Shown here: one piece after another, positions 12,610 to 24,500 of the stretch | How positions within the stretch are numbered: the stretch's first letter is position 1 | Layout: every line of letters starts with the position of its first letter | Virus record (IMG/VR): IMGVR_UViG_3300033149_003373 | Span: 1 to 58,320 of that record | Length of the DNA stretch: 58,320 nucleotides | Source of the DNA: a virus | Taxonomy: Duplodnaviria; Caudoviricetes | Strand: one strand, 5' to 3' | The notes under the pieces: model-generated | Databases searched by the model: none | What the model was told of the DNA's origin: nothing | The model's input: the letters and a program-made list of their open reading frames with translations, nothing else | Program-made: the position numbers and the translations under genes

Positions 12610-12898
12610 AGAATTGAAAACTTTGAAGGATATTGAAATAGAATTAAAATTTACAGGTAAAGAAGTTAAAGAATTAGGAATTACGTTTTCAGATATGAAA
12701 AAAATGGATTATATAATGGGACAAAGAGATAATCAAATTAAAGAAGAAGTTATTAAATTAATTAAAAATGAAGTATTTTGGGATGAAGAACAAATGCCAA
12801 GAGAAATAAAAAATACAATGGAAGATTGTTCACCATGTCAAGTTGCAGAAGACGTATTAAAGTGGTTTTTCAACATTACAGAAGAGGAATTGAAATGA
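12602..12898 (+). CDS. ELKT.KD...FFNI family hypothetical protein, copy 2
   Basis: MTEELKTLKD...KEEVIKLIK...WFFNITEEELK. Confidence 0.75.
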   Translation: MTEELKTLKDIEIELKFTGKEVKELGITFSDMKKMDYIMGQRDNQIKEEVIKLIKNEVFWDEEQMPREIKNTMEDCSPCQVAEDVLKWFFNITEEELK

Positions 12899-13021
12899 AA
12901 AAGAAAGAAGCAAAAACATTACTAGATTATATAAAGAGTTGTGAAACTGAAACAACAGCATGGCTATGTTACAATGAAACACGACATCTAAAACAAATGA
13001 TTAAAGATATGGTGAATTAAA

Positions 13022-13533
13022 ATGACTAAATTGATAAATACCATGATTGTTGAGAAAGCAGATGGAAACCTATGGATGAAGCAGGTGTATTGCTCAACTT
13101 GTGGCACTTATAGAGACAGAAAACCTATACCAATTAAGGATAAACCACCAAGATGCAGGTATTGTAAAAGAATAATGGAAATTAAATGGGAAAATATAGG
13201 AGATAAATTAGACCATAGTGAATATTTTAGTGATAGTAATGCAAGAAGAATGAGGAGAAAACGATGATAGTAATTTCAATTAAAAACCATCTTAATTTAA
13301 TAAGAAATAATACGGATTTACTTACAATACCAGTTATATGTAATAACTGTAAATTTAAAACTCTATTAGATTCTGTTTTGAAGATACATGAAAGTATTAC
13401 ATATACAGGTGATAGAAGTAGTGGACCAGAAATAAAATGTCCAAAATGTCAAAGTTCATTTATAGCAGTTCATAAAGGATTTGAAAAAGAATGGAATTCA
13501 ATTATAACAGTTAATGAATTATCAAAAGAGTAA
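13022..13533 (+). other. Two Zn-ribbon proteins (13022..13267, 13264..13533)
   Basis: Paired CxxC motifs in each. Confidence 0.7.
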
Positions 13534-13588
13534 TTTATAGGTGAAATAATGTCTAAAAATAAGAGAAGAAAAAAGAGAGGTGAGAGAA

Positions 13589-13690
13589 ATGGTAAAAGGA
13601 GTTCCTAAGAGAGATTCAAGTGGCAAAGGAGTTGGAGCTAACAGAGGAAGAGGAGGATGTAATCCTATAAGAAGAAAAGGAAAAAGGTGA
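13589..13690 (+). CDS. 33-aa Gly/Arg-rich basic peptide
   Basis: MVKGVPKRDSSGKGVGANRGRGGCNPIRRKGKR with GAGGTGA SD; below the ORF-track cutoff. Confidence 0.6.
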   Translation: MVKGVPKRDSSGKGVGANRGRGGCNPIRRKGKR

Positions 13691-13695
13691 GATAA

Positions 13696-13833
13696 CTGAA
13701 ATTTAAGTTAGGAAAGGATGAAATATATAGATGTGAAAAGTGTAATTGTTGGATAACAACTAAGAAAGTGTTTGAAAAGCATGGAAAACATAAAATTAAA
13801 AAATACAATTTAAAAGATATAAATAAAAGGTGA
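13696..13833 (+). CDS. Small Zn-finger protein, probable CTG start
   Basis: GGTGA-N5-CTG; in-frame TAA immediately upstream; CEKC...H..H. Confidence 0.5.
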   Translation: MKFKLGKDEIYRCEKCNCWITTKKVFEKHGKHKIKKYNLKDINKR

Positions 13834-13837
13834 TTAG

Positions 13838-14176
13838 ATGGAAGATAAAAAAATAAATGAATTTGAGGAAGCTAAAGCAGAAGAAGGCGATTGGAAAGAA
13901 GCAACAGGAGACGGAGGAGGATTCTGGTTTCCTGAAAAAGATGGAGAAACTCTGGTAGGAGAACTGAAGGCAATAAAAGAAGGAAAGTATGGAGATATAT
14001 ATGATGTATATATTTCAGAAACTAAGAAAATAATGACAGTTCCTACTTCAAAATACCTTCAAATGAGAATACATAAGGACAATATTGGAATGGAAATAAA
14101 GATATTGTTTGAAGGATGGGGAGAAGCAGAAGGAGGTAAAAACGCTCCTAGAAAGTTTAAAGTTTGGTTCAAGTAA
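13838..14176 (+). CDS. Putative OB-fold ssDNA-binding protein
   Basis: GFWFPEKDGETLVGEL..IKEGKYG...EIKILFEG...FKVWF; aromatic beta-rich pattern; followed by a T-rich tract. Confidence 0.5.
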   Translation: MEDKKINEFEEAKAEEGDWKEATGDGGGFWFPEKDGETLVGELKAIKEGKYGDIYDVYISETKKIMTVPTSKYLQMRIHKDNIGMEIKILFEGWGEAEGGKNAPRKFKVWFK

Positions 14177-14766
14177 TTTTATTTTTATTTTTTTTCATAT
14201 TTATAGGTGAGTAAATGAAACAAACAGTTAATTGGCAGATAGATATTGGAAAAATATTAGCAGTTGTTTTAGCTGGATTATTAGCATGGAATGGATTAGC
14301 TTATATGGATGTTCAAGAAACACAAGCAAGAATAGAAGATAAGCTAGATAAAATACCAATAGAAAAAGAATGTATTTGTGACGAATCTGGAAAAATGTAT
14401 GAGATTAATTGGTCAGAATGGGAAATTATAACAATACCATTAGTTATTGGTGGGAAATAATGTACCCAAAAAGTATGTATAAGAAAATAATAGATGCAGG
14501 AGAATTTAAACAAGGATATACACAAGATATTGAAATGTATATTTTAGAAGCTGCTGAAGGATATCCAATAAAGTTTTGCATATCTATGAGGTCAGATACA
14601 AATAAAGTATCTTTCAGGCAAAATGATTTAAGCAAATTAAGAGAAATTATATTTCATTTATCTAAAATGTATTATAACATAGTATCAAGAAAAGGAAGTA
14701 AAGAATCAATGGTAGATTTTACTGATATGTTTATAGAAGACTTAAAGAAGAAAATGAGTTGAATAA

Positions 14767-15270
14767 ATGATAAAAGATTATTTAATAATTCTATTTTTTA
14801 TTTTAACTATAGTGTTATCACTACAATACTACACAGACAATTATAATAAAATTATACTGATAAACGATACATTTGAGAACATGACAGGAGAAATATATAG
14901 ATATGAATCTTGGGAAGTTTCTGGTTTTGTTATTAATATAACCGATAACATAACACTTTTAAGGAAGAGATGTAATTGTGGAAATGAAACAATAGGATGT
15001 CATAAATGGTGGAATAACAACCCAATAGGAGAGATGTGGTTATATGCTCAGAATGATTCAAGATATGCACCTCAGTTATACAGCACATGCAACCACGAAT
15101 CATATCATGTAATTCTGGATTATCCTACAGAAGAAGAAGTATGGGGAACAAGTGTAGAACATCAATATATCCTCAACCTTACTCCAAACACACATTTTCC
15201 TCATTGCAGATGGATTGTTGAAACCAGATACAACATAACCTTCGAGCCTCATTATACATATCAAGGGTGA
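14767..15270 (+). CDS. Membrane-anchored protein with HExxH motif
   Basis: N-terminal hydrophobic helix, NHESYH, several NxT/S sequons. Confidence 0.55.
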   Translation: MIKDYLIILFFILTIVLSLQYYTDNYNKIILINDTFENMTGEIYRYESWEVSGFVINITDNITLLRKRCNCGNETIGCHKWWNNNPIGEMWLYAQNDSRYAPQLYSTCNHESYHVILDYPTEEEVWGTSVEHQYILNLTPNTHFPHCRWIVETRYNITFEPHYTYQG

Positions 15271-15274
15271 TTAG

Positions 15275-15370
15275 ATTAGAAAATGCCCAGCATGTAATTC
15301 AACTCGCCTTAAGAAAAATGGAAACATTACTTGTTGTTCTAGATGTGGATATACTCATAAGAAATATTGA
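15275..15370 (+). CDS. Zn-ribbon peptide with ATT start
   Basis: GGTGA-N4-ATT; RKCPACNS...CCSRCGY; in-frame TAG directly before ATT. Confidence 0.6.
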   Translation: MRKCPACNSTRLKKNGNITCCSRCGYTHKKY

Positions 15371-15733
15371 ATTGAAGTATCGAAATCTATATATACTAAT
15401 GAAAACGATATATAAGTATGAAAAGAAAAGTAAAATCAAAGAAGAAAAATACAAAAAGAAAAATAACTAAACCAACAACCAGTAATATTAAATTAGATTT
15501 TTCAAAAAAGAAAAAAGTTGATTATTCAGATAAAAGAGATGAAACATTTAATACAAATCCAGATTTTCAAATAGTATGCTGGATGAGAAAGACTGCTTCT
15601 GGAAATATAATTCTTTCAGAGCCAGAATCGTATGAAGTATTAGGACATACATCATTTAATATGTTTAGAAGATTTGCAGGAGGACAGATAAAAGCATGTC
15701 CTTTTAGTTTAAGAGTAAATAAAGAGGGTTAAT

Positions 15734-15967
15734 ATGATAAAGACAAATGCAAGAAAAGTTCTTAATATAATAAATAAATCAGAAGGAATTAACGTATATG
15801 CTTTAGCTAAAGAATTAGACCTTAGTTATGTTACAACAAGAAAATGGGTAGGTTATTTAGTAGAAAATAAATATATAGAAACAATATCAAAAAAGGTTAA
15901 AAATAGAAAAACATGGGCATTAGAAATAACTGATAAAGGTAAGAAATTACTTGAGGTTACAGAATAA
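15734..15967 (+). CDS. Winged-helix transcription regulator (MarR/ArsR-like)
   Basis: INVYALAKELDLSYVTTRKWVGYLVENKYI...EITDKGKKLL. Confidence 0.85.
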   Translation: MIKTNARKVLNIINKSEGINVYALAKELDLSYVTTRKWVGYLVENKYIETISKKVKNRKTWALEITDKGKKLLEVTE

Positions 15968-16020
15968 AGGTGAGCTAGATGGGATGGGCTAAGGAAATGA
16001 TGAAAGGAGGAAAGAAAGAT

Positions 16021-16251
16021 ATGACTGAACAAAAAGAATGTGATTGGGAAGAGTTTTTAACAGCTGATGAATATTCCAAAGAGCAGATTAAACAAGTTAT
16101 CTCCTCTCTAAAGAAAGAGCTTGATAAATTTGAAAGCAAATGGAGAAAGAAACACATGAAAGATAAATACGTTTCAATTCCTGAGAATTTATGGGATGAT
16201 TTAGAATTAATATTCAAAAAGTTCGGAGTTGTTGAAAATGAGAAAAAGTAA
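16021..16251 (+). CDS. MTEQKEC-family protein (short middle)
   Basis: MTEQKEC...ISSLKKEL...IFKKFGVVE; paralogous to 51937..52410 and 52511..52816. Confidence 0.75.
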   Translation: MTEQKECDWEEFLTADEYSKEQIKQVISSLKKELDKFESKWRKKHMKDKYVSIPENLWDDLELIFKKFGVVENEKK

Positions 16252-17343
16252 ATGTAATCATAAAGAAAAAATGAATGATGGATATTGTCCAAAATGTCAT
16301 GAAGAATTTTATCCATCATTTTAATTAAAAAAGGAGTTGAATGAAATGAAAGATAAGAAAAATAAATTAGGAAGAAGTATGGCTTCTTTATTGACATTAG
16401 TAGGTATTTTCTCGTCAATATTTGGAAGTTTTCTAAATGATAAATTATTAGATGTAGGACTTACTATGTTAGTATTAGCAGTAGTATTTTATTTATTTAG
16501 TATATATGAGAGGTAGTTTAATGGGTTATGAGTTTGTTAAAGTAAAAAGAAAATTCAATACATATAAATGCAAAGAATGTAAAAATATAACCTTTTTTAA
16601 AATGCTTAAATGCCACTTCTGTAATTCAGAAGTAGAAAGGATGAAAAGAAATTATATTGGAAAAACAAGAAAAAGTAACTTAAAACATCATCCTACTTGG
16701 GAAGTGATATAAATGTTTGGATTTGGAAAAAAAGAAGAAATTAAATATAAGGAAGAACTATTTTATAGTATATTTTTTACTTTGAATGAAAATGATTATA
16801 CCCAATCAAAAGAGTTTAAACAGAAAGCAGATGCAGAAAATTACAAGACTAGATTAAGAAACGAGATAGCAAAAAATAACTGGGTTAATATAAATGGAGT
16901 AGATGTTCGTTCAAGTGCAATTATTAAAATAGAATTATGTGAAGGTATGAGGAGAATAAGGATTGATTAATATGAAATGTAGTTCATGTGGTAAAGAATT
17001 CAGAGAAGATGAATTAGATGAAAATTGCTTATGTAATGATTGTTCTTTTGGTGCAGGAATGCTTATTGGAGTAAGTGATTTTGGTCTTGAAGGTGCTATA
17101 TTTTAGGTGGTTAAATGACAGATTTTACTGCTTTTGAAATGGGAGAATCTTCTAGGTTCTTTCCAACTGAATTAACTCTCTCATACAAAGATGGGAAAGA
17201 AGTAACCTATATTTTAGAACCACATATTTTAGTTCCTGAAGAAAATGAAATACCACAAGTTGAAGACTATTTTTTACTCAAATATTTATCTATACAAAAG
17301 ATAGTAGAAAATCAGATGAATGAACCAACTGAAGAGGAAGAAT

Positions 17344-17598
17344 ATGAAACTAGAAGAGAAGGCGAGGAAGCTAATAAGAGAAAATGAGGTTAAACTTGAT
17401 TTGAATAATTTCAAAAACTCAAAAATATACTTTACAGTAAAAGGAAAATATTCAGTAATAAAAAACCATAAAGGATATTCATGTACTTGCTTTTATTCTT
17501 CTGTTAAGAGTAAAATGTGTTCGCATATACTTGCTGTGAAAATGATAATAGAAAATAAATATAAGATGGAGAATATATGGGAGCATCTAAAGAATTAG
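17344..17598 (+). CDS. SWIM zinc-finger protein
   Basis: YSV...YSCTC...MCSHILAV (CxCx(n)CxH). Confidence 0.8.
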   Translation: MKLEEKARKLIRENEVKLDLNNFKNSKIYFTVKGKYSVIKNHKGYSCTCFYSSVKSKMCSHILAVKMIIENKYKMENIWEHLKN

Positions 17599-17818
17599 AT
17601 TTAACAGATGAATTTTCAATATATAAAATAAAGTTTAGATTTATTGGTTGTTTCATAACTAACGTAAAGATAAAAAGAAAAAAAGAAGATAATTGGGAAA
17701 ATGTAAATATAAAAGATTTTGTTATGTTTTTAATGACACATCTAAATGAAAAGGATAAGGCAGATATAATATCAGAAACATCTGCTGAAATAGTAGTAAA
17801 TAATTTATAGGTGATTAA

Positions 17819-18376
17819 ATGGGAGCATTAAGTTTCAACGCAGTAGAAATTCTGCCAAGCCTGTTAGACAAGAGCAAGACGCAGACTATTAGACCTCTAT
17901 TTGAAACAAAACCAATAAAAGTCAGACAAATAGGAGATGAAATCGGAAAACCTGTTGGAATTCTTTACAAAGACAAAAAACCACGCTTCAAAGTAGGAGA
18001 CAAAGTAAAGCTCTATTGGAAGATGAGAGATAAACACAAATGGTGGCTTTATGAAAATAGAAAAGGTTTGATTAAAATTACAGGATGTATTGACGAAGAA
18101 TCTGCTTGGAAAGGTTATCAAGGAGTTATGCCATTTTGTACAAAAACAATTGTATTCAATAAACTTCTCGGAGAAGTAGAAATAACAGAGGTTTTTTCAG
18201 ATGAATTTGTTATAGAACAAGATGGTGGATTAAATATGATACATACTTCTTTTGGTTCAGAACTATGGGAAAGAGATGGATTTAAAACAATAGATGATTT
18301 AGGTAATTGGCTTGACAAAAATTATGATTTATCAGAACCTAAGAGATTCTGTGTTTATATGTGGAGATGGTTATAA
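17819..18376 (+). CDS. ASCH/PUA-like domain protein
   Basis: LSF...LLDKSKTQTIR, FKVGDKVKLYW, LGEVEITEV, RDGF motifs. Confidence 0.75.
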   Translation: MGALSFNAVEILPSLLDKSKTQTIRPLFETKPIKVRQIGDEIGKPVGILYKDKKPRFKVGDKVKLYWKMRDKHKWWLYENRKGLIKITGCIDEESAWKGYQGVMPFCTKTIVFNKLLGEVEITEVFSDEFVIEQDGGLNMIHTSFGSELWERDGFKTIDDLGNWLDKNYDLSEPKRFCVYMWRWL

Positions 18377-18595
18377 TGGAAAAGGAATATGAGTTTTGGA
18401 TTGTTTTGAACCATAAAAATGGAAGAGTTAGAACAACTAGCAGAAAACCTAAAAGGACATCTCCATGGGAATTAGTCATTAAAACAAATATAAAAGTTGA
18501 TGCTCCAAAAGACCAGGAATTTCAGGCAAAAGGAAGCATAACAATACCTCCTGCTAAACTTAATGAAATGTTTATTGAAGCAATAGAGGATAAAG

Positions 18596-18841
18596 ATGAA
18601 TAATATAGACTGGAAGTATTCTAAAAGAGGTAAACCTAAGAAGAGAATTATAGAAACACTTGAAAAAGAAACATTATCGAAAACTAAATACCAGATGAAA
18701 AATATTATATTTCCTGAATCTAAAGCAAAAAATGCATTCTTTTTAGTTTCTAATATAAAGACACTTCTGGATGAAAAAAAGATAGAAAAAACAAGACTTG
18801 GAAAATTTCTTTTCTATAGACTTAAACGCCAGAATAAATAG
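18596..18841 (+). CDS. Winged-helix-like protein (last rightward gene)
   Basis: IIETLEK..LSKT...NIKTLLDEKKIEK....LFYRL. Confidence 0.5.
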   Translation: MNNIDWKYSKRGKPKKRIIETLEKETLSKTKYQMKNIIFPESKAKNAFFLVSNIKTLLDEKKIEKTRLGKFLFYRLKRQNK

Positions 18842-19502
18842 TAATTTCTCCTTCTTTTTCAAGTTGTTTGATAGCATCTTTAGCTTTTGTAGATTTAGGC
18901 ATAATCATCATATATCCCATTTTCTCTATATTGACAATATTCTGGTTTACCATATAGCTTATATCTAATTTATTTATTTTAACATCAGATGTTTTTGACA
19001 CTTCTACGAGCTTATAATATAGCTCAAGCATTTTCCTGTATTCCTCTACATCTCCCTTTATCATATTTTTAGTCTTTTCAAGAGCATTTTGAATCTGAGT
19101 TATTTTATTTATAGAAGGAATAGAACCACTTTTTTTTATTTCAACATAATTTGCTTCTAAATCACTTTCTAATTTATCAAGCCACTGCATTATTTTTTCT
19201 TCATAATCCCTCATATTATCCATAACTTTGAATAAATGGTCAAGAATAGATTTCATTTTTTCTGTTTTTTCCTTTAATAAATTTTGAACAACTTCATTAG
19301 AATCTATAGTAGGAACTATATCTGATTCAGCAGCATATACAGGCAGTCTTGTAAATTCCTTATTTACAACCTTATTTAATGTGGTTGGGTCTATTTTTCT
19401 TCCAAATTCTTTTTCTATTAATTCAGAAATTTCTTTAAATGAACTACCTTTCAACCTTTCTTCTACTAGCCGTTTCACTATTTCTGGAGGTATCATACTC
19501 AT
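18822..19502 (-). CDS. HTH plus coiled-coil protein (candidate terminase small subunit)
   Basis: GSSFKEISELIEKEFGRKIDPTTLNKVV HTH then long heptad-rich helices. Confidence 0.45.
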   Translation of the reverse strand: MSMIPPEIVKRLVEERLKGSSFKEISELIEKEFGRKIDPTTLNKVVNKEFTRLPVYAAESDIVPTIDSNEVVQNLLKEKTEKMKSILDHLFKVMDNMRDYEEKIMQWLDKLESDLEANYVEIKKSGSIPSINKITQIQNALEKTKNMIKGDVEEYRKMLELYYKLVEVSKTSDVKINKLDISYMVNQNIVNIEKMGYMMIMPKSTKAKDAIKQLEKEGEITIYSGV

Positions 19503-19507
19503 GTTTA

Positions 19508-19687
19508 TCACTTATTTTTATTCTTTATTAAGTTTTTCAGGAAGTAAAGCAAAAATCCAATCGGAATAGTATATTTTACTGTTACTTCTTCTGGAAGTTG
19601 TGCAATGAATGATATAATGCTTGGAGCAAGCACAATAACACCATTTAGTAACGTTTTCCAGATTCCTGTTTTTAGACTATATGACAT
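19508..19687 (-). CDS. 59-aa two-TM membrane protein, holin-like
   Basis: MSYSLKTGIWKTLLNGVIVLAPSIISFIAQ...IPIGFLLYFLKNLIKNKNK; GGTGA SD; downstream of the tail genes. Confidence 0.5.
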   Translation of the reverse strand: MSYSLKTGIWKTLLNGVIVLAPSIISFIAQLPEEVTVKYTIPIGFLLYFLKNLIKNKNK

Positions 19688-20054
19688 ATTTTCACCTATA
19701 AATGAATTACCTTCCTTGTTTATATAAGCATCAAAACATCTAATTTATTGTATAATCTTACAGTTTCCTACTTTAAGTTTGTTTGCTTCTTCAGGAGATA
19801 CTGTTATAAATACATCTTTTCCTTCCTTCATTACAATTCCATTAACTTCCATTTTTATCACTCTCATTTAAACTATTCGTCATCATCATCACCTTTATAA
19901 AACTCTTGCATAAATTTTATTTCATATATTTTACAAGAATCTAGTCTAAATTCATGTGCATTTTCTTCTAAATCAGTTGGATAATTGCACATATGACACC
20001 AATTCCTAAATAAGTTACATTCTTCTTTATATGGACACAATTCTCTCATGTTAA

Positions 20055-21503
20055 TCACTTGTACAATATACATAAACTATCTAACTGAGTAGTTGCTGAA
20101 TTTATTTTAATTTTTATTTTTAATTGTTTTCCTGTAGATGAAAATGTTAATAATTCATTTTTGTCAATAGATTCATAACTAATTCCATTATCATTAGACA
20201 GCCAATACTCTGTTCCTTCTAAACCACTTCCAGTAACTATTATTTGTGCCTGTGTTATATCAGCAGTAGCTATTCTTGATGCACTTGTAAATGTTCCGCT
20301 TCCACCAGATGATATTAAAAATCCTTCTGATACAGATGTTCCATCATGAGAATCAGTATTGCCGTCATCATTGAAATCTAAATTATATGAATATCTCATC
20401 TCATATTGATTTACAATATCAGACTGTTCCTGTGCTGAAACATATCTGGATTTCATAACACTTGACAAATCAACTCTTTCTTTTTCTATAGTTACTATAG
20501 ACTGAGGAAAGCCGTCATATTTATGTTCCACTTTTATGACTTTATAAGCAGATGGAGCTACTGTATTTGCTGGGTCGCTTATTCTTAATAATTCTCCTGC
20601 TTCAATACTTGGCAGCATAAATGAAGTTAAGTCTCCAATAATAGGAGGATTAATTCCAATTGTCAGTTCTGCTTCTGCTCTTTCTTTTACCTGTTCATAT
20701 GTTGTTAAGTTAGTATCACTTACAATCATTTCTTTTAACCCATGAGTATCTTGGCTGTCTGTATCTTCTGCTGTATGCATAAGAGTTGTATTTTCTAAAG
20801 GCTGACCATATACTATTATCCTGTTTCTTACCTGAGATATATCTTCTCCGAAATCACTTGTTTCAAATAAATTGTCATTATGCACAACAGCTTCTTCTGT
20901 ATTCATTACACTTTTAGCTTCAAAGAAATGAAAATCTAAATCTGCATCTGCAAAAAAATCAAATCCAGCTCTGTCACATAAGTCTTTAAAACAATCCATA
21001 AGTGGTTTCTGAGACCATTTAATTGTTACATTTGTAGTAGATGTAGCTACATTAGTATAGGTAAAACCAGATAAATAGGTGTCAATTAAATCCTTAAAAA
21101 TAACAGAAGCTTCTATATTTGAATAATCTTTAGTAACAGTAACTTCAAGTATCTCACCAGCTTTGTGTCTTCCTTTTAATACAATATTATTATGCTGACC
21201 AGATATTTTATCTATTTTACCTGTAAATCTTTTGCTTGTAGGTGTGCCATAATCAATATACAAATAAACAGTATTTCCATTATCCCATACATAAGAATAT
21301 TCTTCATTTCCATTATCTATAGTAACTGTAAAATCTCCTACACCTGATGTAGCTTGTTTTATAAATGAAAAATCTGTTACATTATCTGTTACATTATCTG
21401 TAGTGCTGTCTGTTCTAATCACTTCTATTTTATAATCTGGGTGCTCCTGTGGTGGGATAAAAACATGAATTGGAATTCTTCTAACATTTACTGCTACTGG
21501 CAT
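20055..21503 (-). CDS. Tail hub / baseplate-hub-like protein
   Basis: Position after tape measure; FTGKIDKI, FDFFADADLDFHF, VRNRIIVYG, YKVIKVEH patterns of hub proteins. Confidence 0.7.
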   Translation of the reverse strand: MPVAVNVRRIPIHVFIPPQEHPDYKIEVIRTDSTTDNVTDNVTDFSFIKQATSGVGDFTVTIDNGNEEYSYVWDNGNTVYLYIDYGTPTSKRFTGKIDKISGQHNNIVLKGRHKAGEILEVTVTKDYSNIEASVIFKDLIDTYLSGFTYTNVATSTTNVTIKWSQKPLMDCFKDLCDRAGFDFFADADLDFHFFEAKSVMNTEEAVVHNDNLFETSDFGEDISQVRNRIIVYGQPLENTTLMHTAEDTDSQDTHGLKEMIVSDTNLTTYEQVKERAEAELTIGINPPIIGDLTSFMLPSIEAGELLRISDPANTVAPSAYKVIKVEHKYDGFPQSIVTIEKERVDLSSVMKSRYVSAQEQSDIVNQYEMRYSYNLDFNDDGNTDSHDGTSVSEGFLISSGGSGTFTSASRIATADITQAQIIVTGSGLEGTEYWLSNDNGISYESIDKNELLTFSSTGKQLKIKIKINSATTQLDSLCILYK

Positions 21504-21512
21504 TTAATCACC

Positions 21513-24500
21513 TCACGTTACATCTGCACTGCATATTGTTCCTACTCCACATGCTCTTAATGACAGATAAGGCTGCCATAGATACCATTGAGTAGTTCCT
21601 GAACAATAATAATCAGACCAGAACCATAAACCAAATGTAGGAGAAGTTTCAGTTTGATTCCATTTATGCTCACTCCATGAATTTTTAGTTACAATACTTC
21701 CATTGGCTTTTGAATTATCTGTGCTTACAGTTAAGTTTACACAATTATATGAATCATTGAGATAAATTGAGAAATTAAATAAATTATCCCACGCCTGCGG
21801 AGTAATATTTAGAATAGGGTCATCTGATGTCTGACCATATGGAGTTACATTCTTACTTGTAGGTGTATTAGGTATAAATTCAAAATATTGTGTAGCATTT
21901 GGAAATGAATAATTCCATTTGCTCCATACAACATCTAAATTTAAGTCAATAGATTTGTTTGATTGTGTTGATGCAAATACTGTATGGTTTGCTGTTCCTT
22001 TATATTTCAAAAACATATTATTGATATTTATAGTTGTATTTGTTTCTGATGTTATTTCAATAGGTATTTTGCATCTATTTGTTTCATATGGACTTGAAAA
22101 TGCATCAAACTTTATTTCATGTGAAGTTAATGTTCTATTAAATATTTTAAGTTCACCTATTGTTCCATTAAGGAATTCATATTCGAGTACATAGGATAAG
22201 AAATAACTTCCAATTGTTATATTTTCAATATTCAATGGTGACATTTCTTTGACATAAGACGTATCTATAGCAATTCCATTATAATATCCTGTAAAGTCTT
22301 GATGTGTGTTATTAACTTTTTCTATTGTAAGAGCAAAGTGCCTAAAAACATCTTCTTCGTGACTTGTAGAAGTATTTAAAAAACGCACTTTTCTATCATC
22401 TGATACATTTCCATAGGTTGCTTTGAATCCTACATTTTTGCCTTTTTCACTAATACCAATTAAAACACCATTAGAAGTTTCATTATTAATAATAAACAGA
22501 TTCATTGATTCACTAAATTCAACATATGATTTCATGCTTAACTGCATTGTTATTGTACAATTTTCTTTACATAATGATGAACCAGAATAATTCATTGAAG
22601 AATTTATTCCATTAAATTCTGCTGTTTTGTTAAACAAACCATTTGGAATATTAATTGAATTATTTGATAAATTAAAACCGTGATATATGTCTGCAAATCC
22701 ATTTTCAAAATTCCATTCATAATCTCCTTTATTTTTCCAACAGCTATTTTTACTAAAGTTAATAAATGGTGTAGATGACACATTTATTTTATTATATGTA
22801 TAATTAACTTCAAACCATGTAATATTTATTCCACCAGCACTTTGTGAACCAATTCTTATAGGAATAGCACAATCTAATGATGAAGTAGGACATAATGTTT
22901 CATTATCTAAATACGACTGAATATCACTAATTCCTAAATCTATTGTAACAGGAGCTACGTTAGTTGAGTTAAATATTCCTGTATAATTATAATTTATATT
23001 TCTGTCATCTCCTGTATCAATAGTTAAATTACTTACAGTATTTGAATAAGTAACTCTTACACTAGAAACATTTACAACTCCATTTCCAGTTGCAAATAAT
23101 TGGAATGGAACATAACATAGGTCATCTGTACAACTATCAATATAAGTTTGTATCTGTGAAATATTTAATGTAACGTTCTGTGTGTAATCAAGTGAACCAC
23201 TCATATTGTATGTATCTGGAGATTTTTTATCAATAGTTATTCTAATATCATCTGGATATTCAGTATAATTAAATGTCAGCCATGCTTCTGCTATATTTCG
23301 ACAATTTTGGTCTCCAGTATCAAAGAATCGAATACTACCATCTTTTCCATGACTTGTGTCTAAACTATACCATACAGGAGCAGTATTTGGACTTGAAGTT
23401 TTTGACACTCCATCCCATGTATTTGTGATTGCACAAGTTATATGAAGAGCAGCAACCATTATTGATGTAGCATTTGGTAATTTTGTATTATTAAAATCTG
23501 CATATAGATTCTCACCAGCTAAATGATTCACAGAAGTATATGTACTGGTGTCATTATCAAAAACATATTCTGGATTTTGAAGTGTGCCTTCCTTCCAATA
23601 AGATGTTGGATTTCCTCTCATATCTACAAAATAATTTCCTTCTTGACTTCCTGTTAAATTAAGTGAAGCAGATAAAATTGTAGAACCTTTTGGAATAAGT
23701 AATTTAAATGTTAAATTATTTTCTTCGTTTTCTTTTCCTGTGAAATTCAATATATATGAAGTTAAATAAGATGCCATTATTTTATTAGTTGTCATTGTTC
23801 CACTATCAAGAGAATCTATTGTCATATTTGCTTCTGTAACTGTAACATTTCTAGGCAAAGTAAATGTTATTATTTCAATTCCAGAATAGTTAAATGTGAC
23901 ATTTTTCATTGTTGTATTTATATCGAAATAATCTAAATTAATAGTAGAATCATCCATATTTCCTAATAACTTATAATCTGTTATTCCATCCAAACCAACA
24001 TCTATTCCTACATTCTTTGAGTTATTAACAAGACTTATAATATTAAATTGACCTGTAGAAAATTCACTTCTGTTATCAATATCAAAAAAGAAGACAGAAG
24101 GAACATTTGTATTGATAGTATGGTTTTTACTGTTGTATGAATTATTTAATATCCAAAATGTATTTTCTGAAGATATTGTAGTAAAATTATATTCCACTAT
24201 TTGATTAGCACAAGTAAAGTTTTCACCAAATCCAAAAGCATCTAAAGATAAACATACTTCAACATCAGTATTAGATATATTTGCTCTTATTGTAGATACT
24301 GTTCCTAATTCATATGTTGTATTTGATTTAACACCATTAAGATATATATCTGGCAGTGTAACATAAGAAGCTACAACAGAATTCTTATATTCAGTTCCAG
24401 AACTGTCATTAACATATACTGTAATGTTATTTGCTCCTAATCCAAGTAATATTGTTGTATTGTCTGTGAAAATTACTTTACTTGAAACATTCCAATACAT

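Noticed and set aside
15267-15470. ORF-track protein MIRLENAQ...
   Set aside because: Its GTG is part of the SD; another frame (15275..15370) encodes a clear Zn ribbon and is preferred.
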